The notes: a model not told the origin generated them from the sequence alone. Shown: positions 18,133 to 27,900, numbered from the stretch's first letter. The stretch: DNA of 64,000 nt from Flavobacteriales bacterium (GCA_947474675.1 CANJKA010000004.1:4442-68441), one strand, 5' to 3'. A program made the numbers and translations.

Positions 18133-19525
18133 TTTTTAAATTAATTTCAATCTGTGAATAAAGAATCCATAATGACATAAACAACCAATTCATCGGTTGA
18201 TAAATAAAAGCTGATGGTAAAATTGACACCATAAAAAACATAATAAAACTAAGTTTTAACCAATAAGAAGTTTCAGATTTAAACTTAAATAAATTGAATA
18301 ATAGGTAAAATAAATAGATTAAAAAACTTATCCCTAAAAGAGCATAATTCGAGATTAATTCAATAAAATAATTGTGAGGACTACAATTAGTACCAATATC
18401 GTACGGGACATTTTTCAAACTATTTTGAACTTGAAATTGCCCAGGCCCAACACCTAAAACAGGATTACTTTTAAATAAAAATAAACCATTTAGAATTAGA
18501 CTTAAACGAATACTAAGCGATTGATCACCTATAATTAAAACTGATTGATGTTTTTCAATATTACTTCCATTATTTAGCAAGACCGGAGTTTCAACAACTT
18601 TAATATCAGAAGGTAATTTAGATTGTTCCTTTTTGAAATATAAACTTAAATCAATTACTTTTTTTTCTTTACCAATAACAAGTTTGTTAGTCGAAATAAT
18701 ACCTAATGAAATAGTGAAAAATAAAATATAATATCTCTTATCTTTTAAAAATTGAACAAAATTATTTATTTTCAGAATCTCAAAATCTAATAAAGAATCG
18801 TTTTGTTTTTTTGATATAATACGTTTTATTAAAATAAAAAAGAATAAAAGTATCAGAATTAATTCACTCATTCTCGTCAGACAATAAACTGATAAAATAA
18901 AAAGTAAAATTAATAATGAAACTTGTTCCCAAAACCTTTTAACTAGTTTATTATCAATAAAAAAAAGAATGAACAAAATAATTAAGCAATTTAAAATGTA
19001 ATCATTCGGGTTTCCAAAAATAAATAATGATTCACTAACTGAATAAAAATCATTTAAAATATGAATATCTACAAAATGCTCAACAAATCCTATTATTACA
19101 ATAAACCAAAACCACATCCATATACTACTTAACAATGCTTTTTTAAAAACATCCTTAACAATAAAACTAGAGTATGTCGTTATAATAATTAAAAAAGTAT
19201 TTAAATAAAAAATATGACTTCTTAATTCAAAAAGAGCAAAATAATTGGCCCCATTTTTAACAATCCAAAAAATTGAATAAACTAAAAATAAAGCTAAGAA
19301 AAAAATAAACAATTTATACACTTTCAATAAACTTCTGAATTTCAATAGTATCAAAGGAATAAAAAACAATCCAACTATTAAATTTGGATAAATCGTTAAA
19401 AAGCCAAGAGAATATGACCCGATCCAAGAACCTAGAAAAAAAGTTAAAAGCCAAACAGAGAATAGAAAATAAAGATTTTTATCAGAATAAAATTTAGAAC
19501 CCATTTCTTTAAAATATTCCATCAT
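18122..19525 (-). CDS. O-antigen polymerase/ligase family membrane protein (Wzy_C domain) #2
   Basis: 467-aa polytopic protein with a large loop, then the SPHNYFIELISNYALLGISF motif. Confidence 0.75.
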   Translation of the reverse strand: MMEYFKEMGSKFYSDKNLYFLFSVWLLTFFLGSWIGSYSLGFLTIYPNLIVGLFFIPLILLKFRSLLKVYKLFIFFLALFLVYSIFWIVKNGANYFALFELRSHIFYLNTFLIIITTYSSFIVKDVFKKALLSSIWMWFWFIVIIGFVEHFVDIHILNDFYSVSESLFIFGNPNDYILNCLIILFILFFIDNKLVKRFWEQVSLLILLFILSVYCLTRMSELILILLFFFILIKRIISKKQNDSLLDFEILKINNFVQFLKDKRYYILFFTISLGIISTNKLVIGKEKKVIDLSLYFKKEQSKLPSDIKVVETPVLLNNGSNIEKHQSVLIIGDQSLSIRLSLILNGLFLFKSNPVLGVGPGQFQVQNSLKNVPYDIGTNCSPHNYFIELISNYALLGISFLIYLFYLLFNLFKFKSETSYWLKLSFIMFFMVSILPSAFIYQPMNWLFMSLWILYSQIEINLKSVR

Positions 19526-19571
19526 ACTCTAAATCATTAAAATCAAACTATCTTCACTGTTTGATAAACAC

Positions 19572-20537
19572 TTATTTCATTGATTCAATATACTCATTTA
19601 CCCCTTCTTGAAAAGAATATAATGGACTATAACCTAGATGAGTTTCAATAGCACCAATATTGGCCAAAGAATGTTTAATGTCACCCGGTCTTTCAGGACC
19701 AAAAACAACTTTCGAATTTGAATTAATTCCAATTGTAGACAATCCTTTTTTAAGTGCGTCAACAACATGAATTAAAGTAAACGAATCATTACAAGCGACA
19801 TTAAAAACATGCCCTTTACCTTCATTTTTTTCAGAAAACAAGGCTAAAAAATTTGCTTGAACTGCGTTTTTAACATACGTGAAATCTCGAGTTTGTAAAC
19901 CATCACCATGAATAATTACTTCATCATCAATTTTTAAACGAGCAATAAATTTTGGAATAGCTGCAGCGTATACTCCGTTAGGATCTTGTTTAGGTCCAAA
20001 AATGTTAAAATAACGTAATCCGATAGTTTCCATTCCATGCAATTGAGAATACACCTTAGCATATTTCTCATTTAATTGTTTAGTAACGGCATAAGGTGAC
20101 AAAAGATTTCCTTCTTCCCCTTCAACTTTTGGAGAAATGGGGCTATCCCCGTAAACACTAGATGAGCTTGCGTAAACAAAACGTTTAATCCCTTTCTCTT
20201 TTGCAGCATGCAACATATTTAAAAAACCTGTTGCATTAACAGCATGCGTATTATGAGGGAATTCAATCGAACGAGGGACAGAACCTAAAGCCGCTTGATT
20301 ACAAACAAAATCAATACCATCCAAAGCTTCTAGACAAGTATCAAAATCACAAATATCACCTTTGATAAATTTGAAATTAGGATGAACCGAAAACTCTTCA
20401 ATGTTTTCAATTCTACCAGTCGATAAATTATCTAAAACAGTCACTAAAACACCATTATCCAATAATTTTTCAACTATATTAGAGCCAATAAAACCAGCTC
20501 CTCCAGTTATTAAAACGTGTTTTCCTTTTATTGACAT
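19572..20537 (-). CDS. NAD-dependent UDP-HexNAc(A) 4-epimerase (WbpP/TviC-like SDR)
   Basis: Motifs ITGGAGFIGSN, QAALGSVPRS, SPYAVTK and LRYFN.FGP.QDPNG.YAA.IPKF closely parallel P. aeruginosa WbpP as I recall it. Confidence 0.85.
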   Translation of the reverse strand: MSIKGKHVLITGGAGFIGSNIVEKLLDNGVLVTVLDNLSTGRIENIEEFSVHPNFKFIKGDICDFDTCLEALDGIDFVCNQAALGSVPRSIEFPHNTHAVNATGFLNMLHAAKEKGIKRFVYASSSSVYGDSPISPKVEGEEGNLLSPYAVTKQLNEKYAKVYSQLHGMETIGLRYFNIFGPKQDPNGVYAAAIPKFIARLKIDDEVIIHGDGLQTRDFTYVKNAVQANFLALFSEKNEGKGHVFNVACNDSFTLIHVVDALKKGLSTIGINSNSKVVFGPERPGDIKHSLANIGAIETHLGYSPLYSFQEGVNEYIESMK

Positions 20538-20549
20538 TGAATAAAAAAA

Positions 20550-22082
20550 TTATTTAGCGTAACTAATTGAGCGTTTTTCTCTAATTACAGTAACTTTCAC
20601 CTGTCCTGGATACGTCATTTCTGTCTGAATTCTTTGAGAAATTGTAAATGACAATTCATCAGCTCTTAAATCAGTAACTTTCTCACTTTCAACCATAACA
20701 CGTAATTCACGTCCTGCTTGAATTGCAAATGCAGTAGAAACACCTTCATATGATAAAGCAAGAGCTTCTAATTCTTTTAATCTTTTAATGTATGATTCAA
20801 CCACTTCACGACGAGCTCCTGGTCTAGCACCTGAAACAGCATCACAAACTTGAACAATTGGAGAAATCATTGAAGTCATTTCGATTTCATCGTGGTGAGC
20901 ACCAATAGCATTACAAATCTCTGGTTTTTCACCATATTTTTCTGCTAATTTCATCCCTAAAATAGCGTGAGGTAATTCAGGATCTTCATCTGGAACTTTA
21001 CCAATATCATGTAAAAGTCCAGCTCTTTTAGCTAATTTAACATTCAAACCTAATTCCGCAGCCATAATCGCACATAAATTAGCCACTTCTCTAGAATGTT
21101 GTAATAAATTCTGACCATAAGAAGAACGGTATTTCATTCTACCAACCATTCTAGTTAATTCAGGGTGCAAACCATGAATCCCCAAATCTATACAAGTTCT
21201 TCTACCCGTTTCAGCAATTTCTTCTTCTAATTGACGTTTAATTTTAGAAACAACTTCTTCAATCCTAGCAGGGTGAATTCTACCATCTGAAACCAATTGA
21301 TGAAGAGCAAGACGAGCTAATTCTCTTCTTACAGGATCAAAACAAGAAAGCATAATAGCTTCAGGAGTATCATCAACAATAATTTCAACACCAGTAGCAG
21401 CTTCTAGAGCACGAATATTACGCCCCTCTCTTCCAATAATTCTTCCTTTTACTTCGTCTGATTCAATATTAAAAACAGAAACTGCATTTTCAACAGCTTG
21501 TTCAGTTGCAACTCTTTGAATCGCTTGAATAACAATTTTTTTGGCTTCAACATTCGCATTAAGCTTAGCTTCTTCCATAATTTCTTTGATATGAACCATT
21601 GCACCTGTTCTCGCTTCATCTTTTAATGCATCCATTAATTGATTTTTAGCATCTTCAGATGACATACCACTAATTTTGGTAAGTTCAAGAACTCTCTTTT
21701 GTTGCATTTTGTCTAACTCTTGAGTCTTTAATTCTAAAGATTGAGTCTTCATTTCATAATCAGCAACTAATTTTTCGCTTTCTTTTTCTTTTCTTCCGAA
21801 CTCTTCAATTTTTTGAGACAAAGTATTCTCCTTACTTTTAACTTTATCTTCTAAAGACTGAAATCTTCTATCTTTTTCTTTAACAGAAGCTTCATGTTCT
21901 TCTTTTAATTTAAAAAATTGCTCTTTTGCTTGAAGCATTTTTTCTTTTTTGATTGATTCACCTTGAACTTCCGCTTCATGAACGATCTGCTCTTTGCGTT
22001 TTTTCAATAGTACATTTTGAACGTAATAAGCTCCTGCTCCACCACCAATCAAACCCAACAATAATCCTATAACTATATTCAT
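20550..22082 (-). CDS. rny: Ribonuclease Y
   Basis: N-terminal TM segment, coiled coil, KH domain ([11 protein letters not shown]) and HD domain (LLHDIGK). ATG 22082 (MNIVIG) is preferred over the 22136 extension. Confidence 0.95.
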   Translation of the reverse strand: MNIVIGLLLGLIGGGAGAYYVQNVLLKKRKEQIVHEAEVQGESIKKEKMLQAKEQFFKLKEEHEASVKEKDRRFQSLEDKVKSKENTLSQKIEEFGRKEKESEKLVADYEMKTQSLELKTQELDKMQQKRVLELTKISGMSSEDAKNQLMDALKDEARTGAMVHIKEIMEEAKLNANVEAKKIVIQAIQRVATEQAVENAVSVFNIESDEVKGRIIGREGRNIRALEAATGVEIIVDDTPEAIMLSCFDPVRRELARLALHQLVSDGRIHPARIEEVVSKIKRQLEEEIAETGRRTCIDLGIHGLHPELTRMVGRMKYRSSYGQNLLQHSREVANLCAIMAAELGLNVKLAKRAGLLHDIGKVPDEDPELPHAILGMKLAEKYGEKPEICNAIGAHHDEIEMTSMISPIVQVCDAVSGARPGARREVVESYIKRLKELEALALSYEGVSTAFAIQAGRELRVMVESEKVTDLRADELSFTISQRIQTEMTYPGQVKVTVIREKRSISYAK

Positions 22083-22176
22083 TTCTTCTTTAAACTTATC
22101 AATTATTAAACATAAAAAAACCCACTCAACATACAATTAAGTACGAAGACGTGGGGAACCAAGTAAAACCTATTAT

Positions 22177-22470
22177 TTATTCTAAACCTTCTAATTCTTT
22201 AGACAATCCTTCCAATTCAATTTCAATTGCTGAATAATCAGGCTCTTGAGGTGGTGTTTTCTCCACTTGAGTTTTTGGTTTTGTCGCTAATTGTAAAGCT
22301 GTCATAGCTAATAAATCTTGCATATCTTTAACTGCATAACTATCCTGAAGCAATTTAATTGCTTTATTTATATCATCTGCCGCTTTTAAAACTTTCTCTT
22401 GCTCACCCTCATTTAAGGTAAGTGGATATGTTCTTCCAGCAACTACGACTTTTAAGGATAATTTTCCCAT
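22177..22470 (-). CDS. zapA: Cell division protein ZapA
   Basis: 97 aa. The pattern V.VAGRTYPL....EQE..L..AA..I is typical of ZapA. Confidence 0.85.
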   Translation of the reverse strand: MGKLSLKVVVAGRTYPLTLNEGEQEKVLKAADDINKAIKLLQDSYAVKDMQDLLAMTALQLATKPKTQVEKTPPQEPDYSAIEIELEGLSKELEGLE

Positions 22471-22473
22471 TCG

Positions 22474-22785
22474 TTATTGTTTTAACTGATTGATGCAGTG
22501 TTCTATTTCCCTCACTAAATCATCGATTTCTTCGTTTCTATTATTTTCAACAGAATCCTTTTCATCAATGCTTTTTTGTATTGTCAAATCTAACTCTGAT
22601 TTTAACAAGTTTTTTTCTTCTTCAATTTCACTATTTTTTGTTTTTAAAATAGAAATTTCCGTTTTCAAAAGAGTTAATTCAGATTCTTGATCGATTCTTA
22701 TAGAACGTTCAGACACCAATTGTTCATGCAACGTTTTGCATTTCAATCGGATACCCTCAATTATATGTTGAATTCGTTCGGTCAT
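22474..22785 (-). CDS. Small all-coiled-coil protein, function unknown
   Basis: 103 aa, E/K/L-rich heptad-like sequence. Its stop lies 3 nt from the zapA start. Confidence 0.6.
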   Translation of the reverse strand: MTERIQHIIEGIRLKCKTLHEQLVSERSIRIDQESELTLLKTEISILKTKNSEIEEEKNLLKSELDLTIQKSIDEKDSVENNRNEEIDDLVREIEHCINQLKQ

Positions 22786-22801
22786 TGTTTTCGACTTTCT
22801 A

Positions 22802-22831
22802 CAAAATTAACATTGTAGGCTAAATTAACAA
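22802..22831 (-). promoter_or_regulatory. Bacteroidota-type promoter for the coiled-coil/zapA(/rny) unit
   Basis: Minus strand carries TTG, a 19-nt spacer, then TAATTTTG. The box ends 16 nt upstream of ATG 22785. Confidence 0.5.
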
Positions 22832-22873
22832 CATTTTAACCCATTCTTTTATGTATTTTTTTGAAAAAAGATG

Positions 22874-22881
22874 TATTTTTG
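22874..22881 (+). promoter_or_regulatory. -7 box TATTTTTG 4 nt before ATG 22886 (leaderless arrangement)
   Basis: Perfect TAnnTTTG, spacer GTAA, then ATG of the M23 peptidase. Confidence 0.4.
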
Positions 22882-22885
22882 GTAA

Positions 22886-24571
22886 ATGAGGCTATTAATA
22901 ATCCATGTTTTTTTTATTTTTTCAAGTGTTAATTATTTGTATTCACAAAATGATTCTATTTATAATTATCATCCCCCATTAGAAATTCCTTTAATACTAT
23001 CTGCTAATTTTGGAGAATTAAGACCCAATCATTTTCACATGGGAATTGATTTTAAAACAAATGGTGTCGAAGGACAAAAATTATTAGCAATTGAAAATGG
23101 ATATGTATCTAGAATAAAAGTATCTCCTTATGGATACGGAAAAGTAATATACATCACACATCCAAATGGAATAACAAGTGTTTATGCTCATTGCAGCGTT
23201 TTTTTAGGTAAAATTGATTCTATAGTGAGACTAAATCAAGAATTAACTAAAAATTTTGAAATTGAATTATTTCCATCATCAACAGAAATAATTCTAAAAA
23301 GAGGTGAAAATTTTGCACTTTCTGGTAATTCTGGAAGCTCAACTGCTCCACATTTACATTTTGAATTGAGAGATACAAAAACGGAAACTGCTTTAAATCC
23401 ATTAAAGTATGGTTTTGATATAATTGACAATATATCACCCTCAATAAGTGGATTAAAGATTTATAGTTTAACTGAAAGAGGATATCGGATAAAAGGGAAA
23501 ACAAAAGGTATAGCAGTTCAAAAAGGAAAATTTGGTTATTATGTGGGTGGAAATCTTGTAACAATACCTTCTGATTTTTGTACAGCTTCTGGAGGAATCG
23601 GTTTGTCATTTGAAGTTATCGATCACTACAGTCAAGCAACAAACCCTATTGGAATATATGGAAGTTATTTAATTGTAAATAACGACACCCTTTTTTCACA
23701 TAAATTAGACTGTGTTTCATTTGAACATACAAGATATATAAATTCACATATCGATTACGAAGAAAATTTATTAACGAAAAGAAAATTTCAAAAATCTTTT
23801 AAAACTAAAGAAAACAAGTTAACAATTTATTCGAAAGAACAATCTGGAATTATAACAATACAGCCAAAAGATTCTTTAATAATAAAATATATTGCTTACG
23901 ATACAAAAAATAATAAAAGTGAATTGAAATTTAATTTAAAGGTACTTCCTGGAAGTATAAACACACCTTTAAATGTAAAAAATGAAGACTATCTTTTTCC
24001 TGATAAAAGTTTTACTTATAAAAGTGAAAAGGGTGAAATATTAATCACCGAAGGATGCTTTTATGAACCTTCACTAAAAAATTTAAAGACATCTAATAAT
24101 ATCTCAATTGGTCATTCTTCAACTATAATTCAAACGCCAATTCAAATAAAACTACCTTTAAAAGATAAGAAATACGGAAATGAAAAATATTACATTGCTG
24201 TAAACAATTCTTATCTTGCTACTAAATATAGTAATAATTGGTTGAGTGCCGAATCTAAATCACTTGGAGAATATTCAATTAAAATAGATACAATTGCCCC
24301 ATCAATTACACCTCTAAATTTTTTAAAAACGGATACAATTTTAAAGAAAAAGATAATTCAATGGAAATTATCAGAAAGTAAAACGAATATCTCTGATTAT
24401 GACATATTTATAGATGGTAAATGGTGTTTACTCGAATTTGAGTCTAAAGGATCTTATGCTTTTTTTAGAGTAACACCTGATTTAATTGGTAAGCATACAC
24501 TTAAAATTATTGTTAAAGATGTATGTGGAAATGAAGCAATTTGGGAAAAAGAAATCAATTTCCAATTATAA
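22886..24571 (+). CDS. M23 family metallopeptidase with long uncharacterised C-terminal region
   Basis: Signal peptide present. Zn-binding motifs HFHMGIDF (HxxxD) and APHLHFELRD (HxH) occur in the first ~170 aa. The remaining ~390 aa were not recognised. Confidence 0.85.
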   Translation: MRLLIIHVFFIFSSVNYLYSQNDSIYNYHPPLEIPLILSANFGELRPNHFHMGIDFKTNGVEGQKLLAIENGYVSRIKVSPYGYGKVIYITHPNGITSVYAHCSVFLGKIDSIVRLNQELTKNFEIELFPSSTEIILKRGENFALSGNSGSSTAPHLHFELRDTKTETALNPLKYGFDIIDNISPSISGLKIYSLTERGYRIKGKTKGIAVQKGKFGYYVGGNLVTIPSDFCTASGGIGLSFEVIDHYSQATNPIGIYGSYLIVNNDTLFSHKLDCVSFEHTRYINSHIDYEENLLTKRKFQKSFKTKENKLTIYSKEQSGIITIQPKDSLIIKYIAYDTKNNKSELKFNLKVLPGSINTPLNVKNEDYLFPDKSFTYKSEKGEILITEGCFYEPSLKNLKTSNNISIGHSSTIIQTPIQIKLPLKDKKYGNEKYYIAVNNSYLATKYSNNWLSAESKSLGEYSIKIDTIAPSITPLNFLKTDTILKKKIIQWKLSESKTNISDYDIFIDGKWCLLEFESKGSYAFFRVTPDLIGKHTLKIIVKDVCGNEAIWEKEINFQL

Positions 24572-24609
24572 ATGTTGGATATTTAATCTTTCAATCAAAC
24601 ATCCAACAT
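24572..24609. terminator. Inverted repeat between convergent M23 and DUF3467 genes (possible bidirectional terminator)
   Basis: ATGTTGGAT...ATCCAACAT, a 9-bp stem with a 20-nt loop. AT-rich, with no clean U-tract. Confidence 0.35.
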
Positions 24610-24627
24610 TAAGAATTTAAAATCATT

Positions 24628-24939
24628 TTAAGCCTGTGTTGTAGGTGTTCCAAAATTCATTGGAGGCATTCCTTGAGTATCATGTTCTTCAATAACTCCA
24701 AAAGATTGCTCATATTTTTGTACATTTTCAATTAATGCACGCATAAATCTTTTTGCATTTTGGGGTGTCATAATAACTCTTGAACGAACTTTTCCTTTAG
24801 GCATTCCTGGCATCATCTGAATGAAATCACTTACAATTTCAGTCGGAGAATGTGTAATAATCGCTAAATTAGAATAAACTCCTAATGCGATATCTTCTGT
24901 TAATTCAATATTAACTTGATTTTCATTGTTATTTTCCAT
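24628..24939 (-). CDS. DUF3467 domain protein
   Basis: 103 aa with the pattern NIELTEDIALGVYSNLAIITHSPTE...DF....PG.PK..V.SR. Position directly downstream of rpoC is, as I recall, typical of Bacteroidota. Confidence 0.75.
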   Translation of the reverse strand: MENNNENQVNIELTEDIALGVYSNLAIITHSPTEIVSDFIQMMPGMPKGKVRSRVIMTPQNAKRFMRALIENVQKYEQSFGVIEEHDTQGMPPMNFGTPTTQA

Positions 24940-24943
24940 AGTT

Positions 24944-24951
24944 CAAATATA
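24944..24951 (-). promoter_or_regulatory. -7 box TATATTTG 4 nt before ATG 24939 (leaderless arrangement)
   Basis: Minus strand reads TATATTTG-AACT-ATG. The box abuts the U-tract of the rpoC terminator. Confidence 0.4.
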
Positions 24952-24981
24952 AAAAAAAGGGGCTATAAAATAGCCCCTTTT
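24951..24981 (-). terminator. Rho-independent terminator downstream of rpoC
   Basis: Minus-strand RNA folds as GGGGCUA-UUUUA-UAGCCCC (7-bp GC-rich stem, extendable by A-U pairs), followed by U8. Confidence 0.8.
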
Positions 24982-24999
24982 GAAAAAAAAAATAGTATA

Positions 25000-27900
25000 T
25001 TATTTTCCAGTCATTGCTTCGTAATCTTCTTTTGAAGCTACGACCATGTTTTGAAATTGTCTTACACCTGTTCCTGCTGGAATTAAATGTCCAACGATAA
25101 CGTTTTCTTTTAACCCTAACAAGTTATCAACTTTTCCTGCTAAAGCTGCCTCGTTTAATACTTTTGTAGTTTCTTGGAAAGAAGCTGCAGAAATAAACGA
25201 TTTAGTTTGAAGAGAAGCTCTTGTTATACCTTGTAATAAAGGAGTTGAAGTTGCTGGAATAGCATCTCTAGCTTCAACCAATTGTTTATCACCACGTTTC
25301 AATTGAGAATTTTCATCTCTTAATCCACGAGCAGAAACAATTTGTCCCGCTTTTAATGCTGTTGATTCACCTGCATCTACAACAACTTTCATTCCGTATA
25401 TAGCATCATTTTCTTCCATGATATCTACTTTACGAGCTGATTGTCCTTCTAAGAATTTAGTGTCACCTGCATCAATAACTTCAGATTTTAACATCATTTG
25501 ACGTACAATAACCTCAAAATGTTTGTCATTAATCTTCACCCCTTGTAAACGATATACTTCTTGAATTTCATTTACAATGTACTCTTGTACTTTTGTTGGT
25601 CCTTCAATATTTAAGATATCGTTTGGAGTAATTGCTCCATCTGATAATGGTTGTCCAGCACGAACAAAGTCATTTTCTTGCACAAGAATGTGCTTAGAAA
25701 GTGGGACTAAGTATTTACGAACATCACCCGCTTTAGACGTGATTTGAATTTCACGGTTACCACGTTTAATTTTACCATATTCAGCAATACCATCAATTTC
25801 AGAAACTACAGCTGGATTAGAAGGGTTACGAGCTTCGAATAATTCCGTTACACGTGGTAAACCTCCAGTAATATCTCCAGATTTTCCTGCAGTACGAGGG
25901 ATTTTAACTAAGATTTCACCTGCTTCAATTACATCACCATCTTTAACAGAAACGTGAGCATTAACTGGCAAACTATATTCTCGAATAACCTCTTTCGTTT
26001 TCATATCAATAATATGAATAGAAGGGTTTTTCTTTTTATCTCTCGATTCAATAATTACTTTTTCAGCAAATCCAGTTTGTTCATCGACTTCTTCACGGCA
26101 AGTTATACCTTCAGAAATATTATCAAAAACAACTTTTCCATTTACTTCAGAAACAATTACAGCATTGTATTGATCCCATTTACAAATTACATCACCTTTT
26201 TTAATTTTTCCATTTCCAGAAACAACTAATTCAGATCCGTAAGGAATATTTGTATTCATTAATACAATTCCTGTTTTTTCATCTGTAATTTTCAATTCAG
26301 CAGAACGACCTACAACAACAACTTTAATAGTTCCATCGCTATTTTTCTTTTCGATAGTACGAAGTTCTTCAATATCAATTCGACCAGTAGCTTTCGCTTT
26401 CATGTCAGATTCTCTACCTGTACTAGATGCAGTACCCCCAACGTGGAACGTACGTAATGTTAACTGAGTACCTGGTTCACCAATTGATTGTGCAGCAACT
26501 ACACCAACTGAATCTCCTCTTTGAGCAAGTCTATGATTAGATAAATTACGACCATAACATTTAGCACAAACACCTCTACGCATTTCGCATGTTAAAACTG
26601 ATCTAATTTCAACTTCATCAATACCAACTTTTTCAATTAATTCAGCAACATCTTCAATGATTAATTCACCTGCAGAAACAATAATTTCTTCCGTTTCAGG
26701 GTGTAAAATATCATGAACAGAAGTTCTTCCTAAAATTCTATCGTATAATGGTTCAACTATATCATCATTTTTCAATAAAGCAGTAGCCATTAATCCTCTT
26801 AATGTTCCACAATCTTCAATATTAATAACAACATCTTGAGCAACATCAACCAAACGACGAGTAAGGTAACCAGCATCAGCCGTTTTCAAGGCTGTATCCG
26901 CTAAACCTTTACGAGCACCGTGAGTAGAAATAAAATACTCAAGAATCGATAAACCTTCTTTAAAGTTAGAAAGAATTGGATTTTCAATAATATCCTGACT
27001 AGAAGCTCCAGATTTTTGAGGCTTAGCCATTAACCCCCTCATACCTGACAACTGACGAATTTGCTCTTTCGAACCCCTTGCACCAGAATCGTACATCATG
27101 TAGATTGAGTTAAATCCTTGCATATCATTTTTCAATTGATCCATCAAAATGTTCGTCAATCTTGAATTGGTATGCGTCCAGATATCAATAATTTGGTTAT
27201 AACGTTCGTTGTTCGTGATTAATCCCATATTGTAATTAGACAATACTTCTTTCGCTTCAACTTCAGCTTTACCAACTAGAATTTCTTTTTCTTTAGGGAT
27301 AATAATATCTTCTAAGTTGAAAGATAGTCCACCTTTAAAGGCCATATCAAATCCTACTTCTTTAATGTCATCAAGGAATTGAGCAGTACGAGATGTTCCA
27401 GAAACTTTTAATACATTTCCAATAATATCTCTTAATGCTTTTTTCGTTAATACATCATTGATGTAACCAACTTCTCTTGGAACCATATCATTAAATAATA
27501 CTCTTCCACAAGTAGTTTCAATCATCATTAAAGTAGGAACACCGTTTTCGTCTAAATCATACGATCTCACTTTCAAATGAGAATGTAAATCTAATTTTTT
27601 CTCGTTGTATGCAATTCTAACCTCTTCAGGAGAATAGAAAATACAGTCCTCACCTTTCATTGTATATTCTTCAGTAGATCTTTTACCTTTTGTAATATAG
27701 TAAAGACCTAAAACCATATCCTGAGATGGTACAGCAATTGGAGCACCATTAGCAGGATTAAGAATATTATGAGATGCCAACATCAATAATTGAGCTTCCA
27801 AAATTGCAGCATTACCTAATGGTAAATGAACTGCCATTTGATCCCCATCAAAATCGGCGTTGAATGCAGTCGTAACCAAAGGATGTAAACGAATCGCTTT

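Noticed and set aside
20550-22136. Longer N-terminal extensions offered by the ORF track for rny, and likewise 760 for the GT-B gene, 49976 for the SLT gene, 50078 for yidD, 51578 for ugd and 6432 for the methyltransferase
   Set aside because: The extensions overlap upstream genes or add non-conserved residues before a canonical N-terminus (TM helix, signal peptide or Rossmann start). In two cases they contain the predicted -7 box.
22083-22176. 6S RNA downstream of zapA, as in E. coli zapA-ssrS
   Set aside because: The spacer is only 94 nt, too short for a ~180-nt 6S RNA. It contains just a weak 5-bp hairpin followed by a U-run.
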